DNA from: Verrucomicrobiota bacterium
Lineage (GTDB): Bacteria; Verrucomicrobiota; Verrucomicrobiia; Limisphaerales; JAFGQR01
Direction of reading: 5' to 3'
NCBI GenBank assembly: GCA_016935555.1
Contig: JAFGQR010000096.1
Location: forward strand, 36,551-100,550
DNA length: 64,000 nt
The notes below the pieces were generated by a model. It was given only the letters and a program-made list of their open reading frames with translations, was not told where the DNA came from and did not search any database. This document shows positions 9,611-19,360 of this stretch, piece after piece; position 1 is the stretch's first letter; each line of letters opens with the position of its first letter. A program made the position numbers and the translations under genes.

Positions 9611-9629
9611 CCGGACACGCGCGCTCCGA

Positions 9630-9663
9630 GCCGGCGGGCGCTGCAAGGCCAGTGCCCGCCGGC
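9630..9663 (+). terminator. GC-rich stem-loop downstream of the 7487-9610 gene (candidate terminator)
   Basis: GCCGGCGGGCGCTG caaggc CAGTGCCCGCCGGC: a 14-bp stem with one G-T pair and a 6-nt loop, 20 nt after the stop. No clean U-tract. Confidence 0.45.
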
Positions 9664-9761
9664 TGTGGAGCGTTGCCTGTTCGACGTTTCCATTTCCAAT
9701 TCGTCGTGTGGGGTGGGATTGGGACTTTTGCCGGGCGGGCCGCCGGGTTAGAGTCGGGGGC

Positions 9762-10463
9762 ATGCGACACTCGATGCGGACCGTTCCGGGCGGTTCTCGC
9801 CGAACATGCATCGTCACCGCGGGCCCCACCCACGAGGCAGTGGACGAAGTGCGCCGGCTGACGAACCTTTCGACGGGCCGTTTGGGGATTGGTCTTGCGG
9901 CGCATCTCGCGGACTGCGGCCATGAGGTCACGCTGCTGGTGGGGGAACAGGCCACGTGGGCCGGCGAACGCCGGGCTCATCGCGTCCAGGTGTTCGGTTC
10001 GGCGGCGGACCTCAGCCTGCGTCTCGAGGCGCTTCGGAACTGCCCTCCCGACGCGGTGTTTCACGCCGCCGCGGTGAGTGATTTCCGGGTCGGCGCCGTG
10101 TGGGCGCACCATTCGGACGGCCAGCTGGTGGAGTTGCGCGCGCGCAAGATTTCATCGGGCGAAAACCGTTTGCTGGTGGAACTGCTGCCCACGCTCAAGA
10201 TCATCGCCGAACTGCGCGGCTGGTTTCCCAGGGCGCAGCTCACGGGTTGGAAATACGAAGTCGACGGCAGCCGGGCGGACGCCCTGCGCCGCGGGGCGGA
10301 GCAGGTGGCGGGGTGTCACACGGACGCCTGTGTGGTCAATGGTCCGGCGTATGGGGCGGGTTTTGGACTGGTGGGCCCGGCCGGGCGGCCGCTGCATTTG
10401 GAGGGGGCGCCGGCGCTCTACAGCGCGTTGGAACGCCGGCTGGCGCGCAGGACGGAGGATTGA
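9762..10463 (+). CDS. coaB: phosphopantothenate--cysteine ligase domain protein (stand-alone CoaB half of DFP/CoaBC)
   Basis: CIVTAGPTHEAVDEVRRLTNLSTGRLGIGLA, FHAAAVSDF and ARKISSG motifs of the CoaB domain. No flavoprotein (CoaC) half is encoded. Internal ATG at 9762. Confidence 0.8.
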   Translation: MRHSMRTVPGGSRRTCIVTAGPTHEAVDEVRRLTNLSTGRLGIGLAAHLADCGHEVTLLVGEQATWAGERRAHRVQVFGSAADLSLRLEALRNCPPDAVFHAAAVSDFRVGAVWAHHSDGQLVELRARKISSGENRLLVELLPTLKIIAELRGWFPRAQLTGWKYEVDGSRADALRRGAEQVAGCHTDACVVNGPAYGAGFGLVGPAGRPLHLEGAPALYSALERRLARRTED

Positions 10464-10626
10464 CCCGGCGTGGCCCGCAATGCGGATCCGCGCGCGCGGG
10501 TCAGGACTCGGCGACGAGCAGCGCGAACAGTTCGCCCCCGGTGATGTGCAGGGTGGAAAACGCGGCGACCTCCCGGGTGCAGCGACAGCCGAATCCCCGC
10601 GAATCGCAATCGAGCGGCAGTTCCAG

Positions 10627-11742
10627 TCAGCTGAGTTTGGCCAGCAATTCCTCGTTGAGCTTGTGCTTTTTGAGGGCGCTGATGAGGGTTTCCATGGCCT
10701 CGATGGGGTTGAGGTCCACCATCATCCGGCGCAGTTTGCGGATGGCTTCGATCTGGTTTTTGGGAAAGAGTTTCTCCTCTTTGCGCGTGCCGCTTTTGGG
10801 GATGTCGATGGCGGGGAACAGGCGGCGGTCGGAGAGTTTGCGGTCGAGGATCAGCTCCATGTTGCCGGTGCCCTTGAACTCCTGGAAGATCAGCTCGTCC
10901 ATCCGCGAGCCGGTGTCCACCAGGGCCGTCGCCAGAATCGTCAGCGACCCGCCGTCTTCAATCTTGCGGGCGGAGGCGAACATTTTGCGGGGGATTTCAA
11001 GGGCGCGGGCGTCGACGCCGCCGGTCATGGTGCGGCCGCTGCCGCCGTGGACGCTGTTGTAGGCGCGGGCGACGCGGGTGAGGGAGTCGAGGAGGACGAA
11101 GACGTCCTTGCCGGCTTCGACGATGCGCCGGCAGCGTTCGATCATGAACCTGGAGAGGCGGACATGGGTTTCGAGGTCCTGGTCGTTGGAGGAGGCGACG
11201 ACCTCGGCCTTGACGGAGCGCTGGAAGTCGGTGACTTCCTCAGGGCGCTCGTCGATGAGCAGCACGAGCACGTGCACCTCGGGATGGTTGGCGGTGACGG
11301 CGTTGGCGATCTGCTTGAGGATGGTGGTCTTGCCGCTGCGGGGCGGGGAGACGATCAGGCCGCGGGTGCCTTTGCCGATGGGGGTGACGAGGTCGATGAT
11401 CCGGGTCTCGATCAGGTCCGGGTCGGTCTCCAGCTTGAACTTCTCGATCGGGTCGATCGTCACCAGATTCTCGAACCGGACGGACTTGGTGTAGTCTTCG
11501 AACGGCATGTTGTTGACCTTCTCCACCGATCTGAGCTGCAAACTGCTGCCGCGGTGCGGCGGCTGCAGCGGACCGGCCACCAGACCGCCCTCGCGCAGAA
11601 AATTCTTCTTGATCGTGTCCGGGGTGACGAAGATATCCGTGGGCTTCGGTTGGTAGTGGTTTTCTGCAGACCGCAAGAACCCAAAACCTTTCTCGGATAC
11701 TTCCAAATAGCCGGAACCGTATTCCGACGTGCCTTTACTCAT
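10627..11742 (-). CDS. rho: transcription termination factor Rho (short form)
   Basis: CSD-like GYLEVSEKGFGFLRS, Walker A PPRSGKTTILKQIA, and conserved C-terminal RKLSDRRLFPAIDI. ATG at 11742. The ORF-track start 11775 is TTG. Confidence 0.93.
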   Translation of the reverse strand: MSKGTSEYGSGYLEVSEKGFGFLRSAENHYQPKPTDIFVTPDTIKKNFLREGGLVAGPLQPPHRGSSLQLRSVEKVNNMPFEDYTKSVRFENLVTIDPIEKFKLETDPDLIETRIIDLVTPIGKGTRGLIVSPPRSGKTTILKQIANAVTANHPEVHVLVLLIDERPEEVTDFQRSVKAEVVASSNDQDLETHVRLSRFMIERCRRIVEAGKDVFVLLDSLTRVARAYNSVHGGSGRTMTGGVDARALEIPRKMFASARKIEDGGSLTILATALVDTGSRMDELIFQEFKGTGNMELILDRKLSDRRLFPAIDIPKSGTRKEEKLFPKNQIEAIRKLRRMMVDLNPIEAMETLISALKKHKLNEELLAKLS

Positions 11743-11998
11743 AACTGTGTGTACTTTTGAAACTGCCTGCGGCAACCCGCCCGCAAAGCCCGCTGTGAAT
11801 TAGGAATCTAATGGAGGACCGCAACGCGCTAAAAACGACCGCGTCAAGACGGTCAGACCTTCAACAACCCCAATTATTAGCATTATGCCGAAGAACGCAA
11901 CAACTAATTTCTTCGCCCCAACGCCATTTTTTTCACACGCCCGGTCTCCTGCCGTCGCGCCCGGCGGTTTTCTCCGTACTTCAACGGATGCGGCATGC

Positions 11999-12982
11999 TC
12001 AGGTGCCGGGTACGCTGCGGGCTTCCGCAGCCAGGGCGGTGCTCAAGTAGCGTTCGCCGGTGGAACAGGCCATCGTGACAATCAGCTTGCCCCGGTTCTC
12101 CGGGCGGCGGGCGACCTGGACGGCGGCCCAGACATTGGCGCCGGAGGAGATCCCGGCCAGGATGCCCTCTTCCCTTGCCAGGCGCCGGGCCATGGCCAGG
12201 GCGTCGTCGTTGGCGACCTGCACGCTCTCAAGGATCTGCGGCCTGCCTTGGTCGTCTCTGAGGTGCAAGTTCTTGGGAATAAACCCCGCCCCAATCCCCT
12301 GAATCTTGTGCTGGCCCGGCTGCACCGGCAGGCCCGCCAGCGTTTGGGCGATGACAGGCGAGTCGCGGGGTTCGACCGCGATGGCCTGGAAATCCGGTTT
12401 GCGGGCTTTGAGGGCCTCGCAGACGCCGCTGATCGTGCCGCCCGTTCCCACTGCGGCCACCAGGATGTCGACCTTGCCTTCCGTGTCCTCCCAGATCTCC
12501 TCGGCGGTCGTTTGCCGGTGCGCCTCCACGTTGGCCGGGTTCTCGAATTGCATGGGAACCCACGAGTGGGGGGTTTGGCGGGCCAGTTCTTCGGCGCGCG
12601 CAATGGCGCCTTTCATGCCCTGGCTGCCGGGAGTCAACACCACTTGAGCCCCCAGCAGGGCCAGCAGGGTGCGGCGCTCCACGGACATTGTGTCCGGCAT
12701 GGTCAGCACGAGCGGGTAGCCGCGCGCGGCGCAGACGAACGCGAGGGCGATGCCGGTGTTGCCGCTGGTGGGTTCGATGATGACGGTGTCCCGGGTGATC
12801 CGGCCCTCCCGCTCGGCGGCGTCGATCATCGCCGCGCCGATCCGGTCTTTCACGCTGCCCAGCGGATTGAAGAACTCGCACTTCAACAGCACGGTCGCCT
12901 CCACGCCGGCCGTCACCCGGTTCAACCGCACCAGCGGCGTGCAGCCCACGGTCTCGACGATGTCACGATAAATGCGGCCCAT
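11999..12982 (-). CDS. cysK: cysteine synthase A (O-acetylserine sulfhydrylase)
   Basis: [12 protein letters not shown]-lysine motif [10 protein letters not shown], and SGNTGIALA. 327 aa. Confidence 0.93.
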   Translation of the reverse strand: MGRIYRDIVETVGCTPLVRLNRVTAGVEATVLLKCEFFNPLGSVKDRIGAAMIDAAEREGRITRDTVIIEPTSGNTGIALAFVCAARGYPLVLTMPDTMSVERRTLLALLGAQVVLTPGSQGMKGAIARAEELARQTPHSWVPMQFENPANVEAHRQTTAEEIWEDTEGKVDILVAAVGTGGTISGVCEALKARKPDFQAIAVEPRDSPVIAQTLAGLPVQPGQHKIQGIGAGFIPKNLHLRDDQGRPQILESVQVANDDALAMARRLAREEGILAGISSGANVWAAVQVARRPENRGKLIVTMACSTGERYLSTALAAEARSVPGT

Positions 12983-13034
12983 AACCCTGGGCCACGAATA
13001 GCAAGAGTCCGCCGCCTGTCAAGCCGCCCCGACG

Positions 13035-14630
13035 TCATTTGTCCGCCGGCGATTCCGTCCGCTGCCGCATCGCCAAGGCGAGGTATTTGCGGTGGTTCTG
13101 GCGGTTCACGGCGTCGTGGAACTCAACCGGATTGTGGTTGTCGGTCAGCACAATGCCGTGCGCCGGGTGCGGTTCCCGGAGGCTGTCGAAGGTGCGCCGC
13201 ACTTCCCACAGGCACGCCGGATGCACATGGTCGAAGGCGGGCTCGTGCACGAGGCTGAACCCGGTCCGGGCGGACGCGACATACAGCGTGTTGCCGCGGT
13301 CGCTGCCGTGCATCCGGACGCCGGGGAACACCCGGTTGAGGGTTTTCCAGAGCGACGCGGTGAAGAAGTCGTTGCCGGGGTCGAAGTTGCCGAACGTGTT
13401 GATGACCAGGGTGCCCTGAGGCCGGAGAATCCGGGCGACGGCCGAGAACGCCTCAAGCGTCATCAGATGCGCCGGGCACGAATCGCCAATGAACGCGTCC
13501 ACAATCACCGCGTCGTAGCGCTGCCGGCACCGGTTCAAATAATAGCGCCCGTCCTCGAGTATGATCGTCATCAGGTCCGGGTTCAGGCCGAAGAAGTCCC
13601 GGGCGACCGGAACGACGGCGGGATTGATTTCGACCACATCCACGCGCACGCCTTCGCGGGCGAACTGCATGGGGACGATGCCGACGCCCAGTCCGATGCA
13701 GAGGACATTGGTGAGGGTTGGGGTGTAGGCGCGCGCCAGCCCGTGCAGCATGTAGGTGAACATGGAGGTGCTGGACCGGGTGTTGGTGTCGTAGGTGTTC
13801 TGCGTCAAATAATCGTTCAAATACAGCCGCCGCGGACTCGCCTTGTCCTGGATCACCTGCAGAATCCCGTAATTCGAGTTGCCGCGAAACAGCTCGACCG
13901 TGTCCTGGCCGCGGTAGCGCGCCGAATCCACTCCCGCATACCCCGCCGCCAGCCCCGCCGCCGTCGCCACCAACACCGCCGTCAGACCCCTCCCGCGCCG
14001 CCACCAGACCGCAAAATACACCGTGCCCAGCCCCATCAGCAGCATGGCCGTCAAATACATCGTCAGCGTGTTGGGCAGATGCGGAATGATCATGTACCCG
14101 ATCGCCATCGTGCCCAGGAAACTGCCCAGCGTGCTCACCGCGCTCAACCGCCCCGCGTTCCCGCCCACCTCCGAAACCGACACCGTCAGCAGCCGGATCA
14201 GGAACGGACACGTCATCGCCAGCAGACCCAACGGCACGAAATAGAGCACCAGCGAACTGAACAGCGAACCGACCGGCAAACTGAACCGAAGAAACCCATA
14301 CGCGACCGTTTCCGTCAGCGCCACCGTCACCGCCAGATAAACGCCGGCAGCCACGATCGCCCCGAAAAGTCTCGCCGGCGCCAGCGTCCTGTCCGCCCAT
14401 AGGCCCCCGGCATAATACCCCCCCGCCAACGCCACCAGCGTCACCGCAATCTGCGCCGTCCATACAAAATGCGACGTGCCCAAATACGGCGAAAGGAGTT
14501 TCGCGCCCAGGATCTCGATGATCATGATCGCCGCGCCGGTGAGCCCCGCCGTCAGATACAAATACCGGCGCAGTCCCGCAGACAGCGGCGCCTGTGCCGG
14601 CGCGATGACTTGAGTCGTTTTCACCCGCAT
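13035..14630 (-). CDS. fused polytopic membrane domain / spermidine synthase-like aminopropyltransferase
   Basis: The N-terminal ~220 aa are hydrophobic helices. The C-terminal part has a class I MTase/SpeE-like fold (LCIGLGVGIVP, VDVVEINPAVV, YDAVIVDAF). Confidence 0.85.
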   Translation of the reverse strand: MRVKTTQVIAPAQAPLSAGLRRYLYLTAGLTGAAIMIIEILGAKLLSPYLGTSHFVWTAQIAVTLVALAGGYYAGGLWADRTLAPARLFGAIVAAGVYLAVTVALTETVAYGFLRFSLPVGSLFSSLVLYFVPLGLLAMTCPFLIRLLTVSVSEVGGNAGRLSAVSTLGSFLGTMAIGYMIIPHLPNTLTMYLTAMLLMGLGTVYFAVWWRRGRGLTAVLVATAAGLAAGYAGVDSARYRGQDTVELFRGNSNYGILQVIQDKASPRRLYLNDYLTQNTYDTNTRSSTSMFTYMLHGLARAYTPTLTNVLCIGLGVGIVPMQFAREGVRVDVVEINPAVVPVARDFFGLNPDLMTIILEDGRYYLNRCRQRYDAVIVDAFIGDSCPAHLMTLEAFSAVARILRPQGTLVINTFGNFDPGNDFFTASLWKTLNRVFPGVRMHGSDRGNTLYVASARTGFSLVHEPAFDHVHPACLWEVRRTFDSLREPHPAHGIVLTDNHNPVEFHDAVNRQNHRKYLALAMRQRTESPADK

Positions 14631-14923
14631 GTTCTACGGCCCGAGGGCCGGCGCGGCAAGCGCGGAACAGGTCGCGGGGACTCCGGCCGCCTTGGGACCC
14701 CGGGCGGGCGGCGGCTTTGAATCGACCAGGGCGCCGGGCGGTTGATCGAAACGCCCGCCCGCAAGCTCGCGGCTCGGTTCCCATAACCCCAGGCGCGGTT
14801 TTCTGCCGGCCCGGGACCTGGCGGAGCGTCCGTGTTGAACTCGGGTGGTGGCGGGTTGGGCTTTGCGATTGCGTGCCCCGGTGCGGTCAAGTAAAGGAAC
14901 GGGCGGCAACACCTTTGCCGCGT

Positions 14924-17374
14924 ATGCCCACACGTCATCCGACAAGATTCAAGTCTCCGGTGCCGATTCTCGTCCTGGCCATGCTCTGGGGCCATGCAGA
15001 AGGCATGGCGGCCGCCGCGCCCGACGCCCACGCGAGACGCTCGCCGACCATGCCGAAGCGCTACCGGGAAATCGTCCGCAAACCGCGCCGGCCGGTGGCG
15101 AGCCTGGACGCCGGGGACTATCTGACAACGCCTCGGGGCAAACGGCGTCTGGACCGCCTGGCGGCTGCGCTGGCGGTCAGGCCGGCGGACGCGCCGGACG
15201 GCGGCGGGGCGATTCGGCGGCTGACCGCACCGGGCGCGCCTCTGGCCGGCTACGCGGTGGAGGGTGAGCCGGTGGCGGGCAGGGTATTGCTCAGAGGGAC
15301 CGTCCCGGAGCAGCAGCGCCAGCAGGCCGATCCCTCCGCGCTGGCCACCCTGCTCGAGCAGGCGCGGCGGCTGCCCGAGTTGCGGGCTGCCGACCCCGTC
15401 TACGTGGATCCTGAGAGCAACCTGCGGTTGCATCCCACGGGGGAGATGATCCTGTGTCTTCGAGCCGGGGTTGACCCGTCCGATTATTTCCGGGGTCATG
15501 AGGGGCGGGTCCGGCCGCTGCCGCACACCCCGGACCAGTTCATCATGGCCGCGCCCGGGCTGACCGCCGAGCAACTGCTGGCGGACGCCAACGCGCGCAA
15601 TGCGGATTCGCGGGTGGCCTGGGCGGAACCCAATTTCGCGTTGCAGGTGGTGGAATGTTTCACCCCGAACGATCCGCTGTATGGTCAGCAGTGGCACTTG
15701 CGCAACACCGGCCAGGGCGGCGGCTTGAGCGGGGCGGACGTCAGTGCGGGTGCGGCGTGGGACATCACGCGCGGGACGAACGCGATTGTGATCGCGGTGT
15801 TGGACGATGGGATGGACATGGAGCACCCGGATCTTTGGGCCAACGTGTTCACCAACCTCCACGAGATCGTCAACGGCGTCGACGACGACGGGAATGGCTA
15901 TGTGGACGACGTTCATGGGTGGGACTTTGCGGATGGCGACAACAACCCCCGCCCCGCGGCTGCAGACGACAATCACGGCACGTCCACGTCGGGGATCGCG
16001 GCGGCGGCGGGCAATGACGGCGTGGGAGTGTCCGGCGTGGCGCCGCGGTGTCGAATCCTGCCGCTCAAAGTCATTCGGGGGGACGACATCGTGACGGCCG
16101 CCACCTTTGCCGCCGCGCTGCGTTACGCCGCCGGCCTCACCGCGTCCCCCACGTGGCGCGGCGCCGACGTCCTGAGCATCAGCCTGGGCTTCTCCCGGTC
16201 CTCCGCCATCGACAGCGCCCTCGCCGACGCCGCCCACCAGGGACGCCAGGGCAAGGGGTGCCCCATCTTCGCCACCTCCGGCAACGATGCCTCCGCCTAC
16301 GGGGAATACAGCCTCACCGACTTGCCCGCCGGCACGTATGCCTTCGAGTGGACCTACATCAAGGACGGCAGCCTGGGGGCGGGCGAGGACACCTGCTGGC
16401 TGGCGAACGTGCGGTTCCCGAACGGCACGGTCGAGCGCTTCGACTCGCCCACGACACCCGCCGGCTGGAACGTGGCGCCGTACGAGGGTGTGCCCTGGGC
16501 AATCGTGGACGACCCCGCCCATGCCTACGGCACCGGCCGATACCTCGCCAAAGCCGGCACCATCGGCGACTCCAACACGACCGATTTGCGCTCCCCGACC
16601 AACACCCTGGAAACCTCGGGCGAAGTGACGTTTCATTACTGGATTTCGAGCGAGCTCTACGATTACCTCGAGTTCTGGGTGTATGAAATGGGCTACGGCT
16701 GGTCCGGCCCTTACCTCAACGACAGCGGCGACTACTGGTACGCCACCCCCGTCGATTACCCGGCGTCGCATCCGGACACCTTCGCCGTCGGAGCGAGCAC
16801 GGATTTCGACTATCGGGCGGACTACAGTTGTTACGGAACGGGGTTGGACTTCCTGGCGCCCAGCAGCGGCGGGGCGGACTGGATTCTCACCACGGACCGC
16901 CAAGGCAGCGCGGGAGCCGATCCGGGCAATTACCTGCCGGAGTTTGGCGGCACGTCGGCGTCCTGTCCCCTGGCGGCAGGCATCGGCGCCTTGGTGTTGT
17001 CCGTCAACCCGGGCCTCACCGCCGCCGAGGTCCGCTCCATCCTGCACGCGACCAGCGACAAGGTCGGCCGGGTCAATTACCTCAACGGCGTGAACCCCTA
17101 TTACGGTCATGGCCGCGTCAACGCCGCCGCCGCCCTTCAGGCCACCCCGCCCCCGCTGCGATGCGCGGCCGCCTTGCTGCCCCCCGCCGCCCTGCGGTTG
17201 CGCCTGACGGGCCTGCCCGATGCCGGCACGGTCATCCTCGAATCCTCGACCCACCTGACGGCCTGGATCCCATGGTCCACCAACACCATCACCGCCTCCA
17301 CCATGGACCTGGTCGAACCGCTCCCCACAACCACACCCGCCCGGTTCTTCCGCGTCTTCATCCGCGCCGATTGA
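14924..17374 (+). CDS. secreted S8 (subtilisin-like) serine peptidase with an inserted domain and C-terminal module
   Basis: Catalytic triad motifs VIAVLDDGMD (Asp), DNHGTSTSGIAAA (His) and GGTSASCPLAAGIGAL (Ser). Signal-like N-terminus at the internal ATG 14924. Confidence 0.85.
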   Translation: MPTRHPTRFKSPVPILVLAMLWGHAEGMAAAAPDAHARRSPTMPKRYREIVRKPRRPVASLDAGDYLTTPRGKRRLDRLAAALAVRPADAPDGGGAIRRLTAPGAPLAGYAVEGEPVAGRVLLRGTVPEQQRQQADPSALATLLEQARRLPELRAADPVYVDPESNLRLHPTGEMILCLRAGVDPSDYFRGHEGRVRPLPHTPDQFIMAAPGLTAEQLLADANARNADSRVAWAEPNFALQVVECFTPNDPLYGQQWHLRNTGQGGGLSGADVSAGAAWDITRGTNAIVIAVLDDGMDMEHPDLWANVFTNLHEIVNGVDDDGNGYVDDVHGWDFADGDNNPRPAAADDNHGTSTSGIAAAAGNDGVGVSGVAPRCRILPLKVIRGDDIVTAATFAAALRYAAGLTASPTWRGADVLSISLGFSRSSAIDSALADAAHQGRQGKGCPIFATSGNDASAYGEYSLTDLPAGTYAFEWTYIKDGSLGAGEDTCWLANVRFPNGTVERFDSPTTPAGWNVAPYEGVPWAIVDDPAHAYGTGRYLAKAGTIGDSNTTDLRSPTNTLETSGEVTFHYWISSELYDYLEFWVYEMGYGWSGPYLNDSGDYWYATPVDYPASHPDTFAVGASTDFDYRADYSCYGTGLDFLAPSSGGADWILTTDRQGSAGADPGNYLPEFGGTSASCPLAAGIGALVLSVNPGLTAAEVRSILHATSDKVGRVNYLNGVNPYYGHGRVNAAAALQATPPPLRCAAALLPPAALRLRLTGLPDAGTVILESSTHLTAWIPWSTNTITASTMDLVEPLPTTTPARFFRVFIRAD

Positions 17375-17407
17375 CCGCTTTGCCACGCGGCCGCTGAGAA
17401 ATGCGGG

Positions 17408-18040
17408 TCAGCCGCCTTCGTCCACCTTGGGCGGGTCTTGGGGGGGCTGTGCTGCCGGCGGCTTGTCCGGCGGCGGGCGGGCGCCGGCTGCGTTGCGGGC
17501 ATCCGGCGTGTTGGGGTTGAGTTTCTTGAGTTCGGCGGCGAGATACTCGGTGACGTCCTGGAACTTGGCGGCGTTGCGGGCGTTCATTTGGATGAGGGTG
17601 TTGTGGGCGTCGAGGCTGAGGCGGGCCAGCGTCGCCGCGTCTGCCGGGGGGGAGGGGTTGTCGACGGCCGTCATGGGCGTCGACTGCTGCCGCGCGTCGG
17701 CCTGGCCCTGGAGGACGCGGAAGTATTGGCGCACGCCGAGGGTGTCGAGCAGGGTTTGGATGTGCTCGTTTGGGTTGAGCAGCTCGAAGCTGACGTCGTG
17801 GGTTTTGCTGGCGGGGCTGGCGGCGTCGATGCCCAGCCGGGCCAGCACGCCGAGAAAGGTGCTGTCCATCAGCTTGCACCCCGTCAGGTCCAGCACGAAC
17901 CGGCGATGCCCCTTGTCGCGCAGCAACTGGACGACGTCCTTGAAGTTGACGCTGGCATGCATGTTGGCGCGCCCGTCGATTCGGATATACACCGCCTGGT
18001 CGCCCACCCCAACCCTCAGATTGGCCTGTTCATCGCTCAT
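17408..18040 (-). CDS. STAS domain protein (anti-sigma-factor antagonist-like) with a Pro-rich C-terminal extension
   Basis: VYIRIDGRANMHASVNFKDVVQLL...FVLDLTGCKLMDSTFLGVLARL is a typical STAS/SpoIIAA fold signature. Internal ATG at 18040. Confidence 0.75.
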   Translation of the reverse strand: MSDEQANLRVGVGDQAVYIRIDGRANMHASVNFKDVVQLLRDKGHRRFVLDLTGCKLMDSTFLGVLARLGIDAASPASKTHDVSFELLNPNEHIQTLLDTLGVRQYFRVLQGQADARQQSTPMTAVDNPSPPADAATLARLSLDAHNTLIQMNARNAAKFQDVTEYLAAELKKLNPNTPDARNAAGARPPPDKPPAAQPPQDPPKVDEGG

Positions 18041-18169
18041 GTCACGGATGCACGCAACCGCCACCCCCACTATGAATTTCGAGGCAACTCGCGTCAAGCG
18101 ACGGCTGGCAGACACCTCCGTAACCGTACGGAACACGCCCGGACCGGTGCCCGAAGGGGGGCGGCGCGC

Positions 18170-19360
18170 TCACGCATCGCGGCGGACGATGTGGACGAGG
18201 GTTTGCTGCAGCACCATCGCTTCGTCGAGGCCGCGCGACACCAGCTGCCGGTTGCACTCCAGCAGACGTTCCATGGCCCGCACCAGCTCGGCCGTGGTGT
18301 AATGCCGCGTCTGGCCCAGCGCGCGATGCAGCATGTAGGGATGCATGGCCAGCGGATTGAGCCGCTTGTCGTCGGGAAACCGGCCGGCCGGCACGCCTTC
18401 CAGCTGGCTCTTGAACCGTCCATATTCCGCGTCGGCACGGAACCAGCCCTCGCGGATCATCTCCTTGAGGAAGAGCATGGCGCGCACCTTGGTGATGAGG
18501 CCGTAGAGCAGGGCGATCTCGGAGCGGGACTTGTCGATCCGCAGGGTCCACAACTCGTGGTCCAGCGTGTGCAACACCCTGGGCAAATCCCGATCCCCAA
18601 ACGCGTCGGCCAGCGCAAAGGCGCGGGCCTGCTTGTTGCGGGTGACCACGGCCTGGACGTCGGCGACGTCGATCGTGGCGCGCCCGCTCGCGTAGAGGCT
18701 CAGCTTTTCGATTTCGCTGGCGAGCTGCTGGCGGTTCGGACCCGCCTGGTGCACCAGCGTCGCCAGGGCCTCCTCCCCGATGTCCTGCCTGCGGTGGCGC
18801 AACGCGCGCCGCGCCCACGCCGCCGCCTCAACCGCCCAATCCTTGTCGTCCGCCGACCACGCCGTGTAAACCTCCACGGCGCCCAGCTTCTCCAGGATCC
18901 TGTAAAAGCTGCGGCGCTTGTCCACCTTCCCCGCGCTGATCAGCAGCCGCACATTCTGCCACGAAAACGACTGCAGCTCCGCCCCCAGGTCGGCAAGCGC
19001 CTCCGTCACCGCCGCCGCCGTGGCGGCGCGGTCGTCCCCGAGAAAACTGCAGTTTTGGAACCAAACCACCTTGCCGCTGCCGAAGAAGGGAAGCGTCTGC
19101 AGCGCCTCGCGCAAACGGCCCAGCGCCCTGAGCGCCTCCCCGAAATGCCCCGCCTGCGCGTCGATCGTCTCGTGGTCCATCCCCCCCACCGCTGCCGACC
19201 ATTGCCGGAACACCTCGCGGGCGCGCTGCTTGACCGCGTAGTCGTCCGTGCCGTGGACCAGGAGAAGGGGCTTGCCGCCGGAAGCCGGCCCGGGTTCCGG
19301 CGCGGGGCGCGCCGGGGAGGCTTTACTCGGCCTCGCTGCTGCCGGTCTCGTTGATCTCAT
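18170..19360 (-). CDS. holA: DNA polymerase III subunit delta
   Basis: KPLLLVHGTDDYAVKQRAREVF N-terminus and a delta-like helical C-terminus, ~396 aa. The ATG at 19360 overlaps the upstream gene by 38 nt, so the true start may lie further downstream. Confidence 0.78.
   Translation of the reverse strand: MRSTRPAAARPSKASPARPAPEPGPASGGKPLLLVHGTDDYAVKQRAREVFRQWSAAVGGMDHETIDAQAGHFGEALRALGRLREALQTLPFFGSGKVVWFQNCSFLGDDRAATAAAVTEALADLGAELQSFSWQNVRLLISAGKVDKRRSFYRILEKLGAVEVYTAWSADDKDWAVEAAAWARRALRHRRQDIGEEALATLVHQAGPNRQQLASEIEKLSLYASGRATIDVADVQAVVTRNKQARAFALADAFGDRDLPRVLHTLDHELWTLRIDKSRSEIALLYGLITKVRAMLFLKEMIREGWFRADAEYGRFKSQLEGVPAGRFPDDKRLNPLAMHPYMLHRALGQTRHYTTAELVRAMERLLECNRQLVSRGLDEAMVLQQTLVHIVRRDA

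Noticed and set aside
14621-17386. 921-aa minus-strand ORF antisense to the S8 peptidase gene
   Set aside because: Same reasoning: junk composition, and the + strand has the complete Asp/His/Ser subtilase triad.
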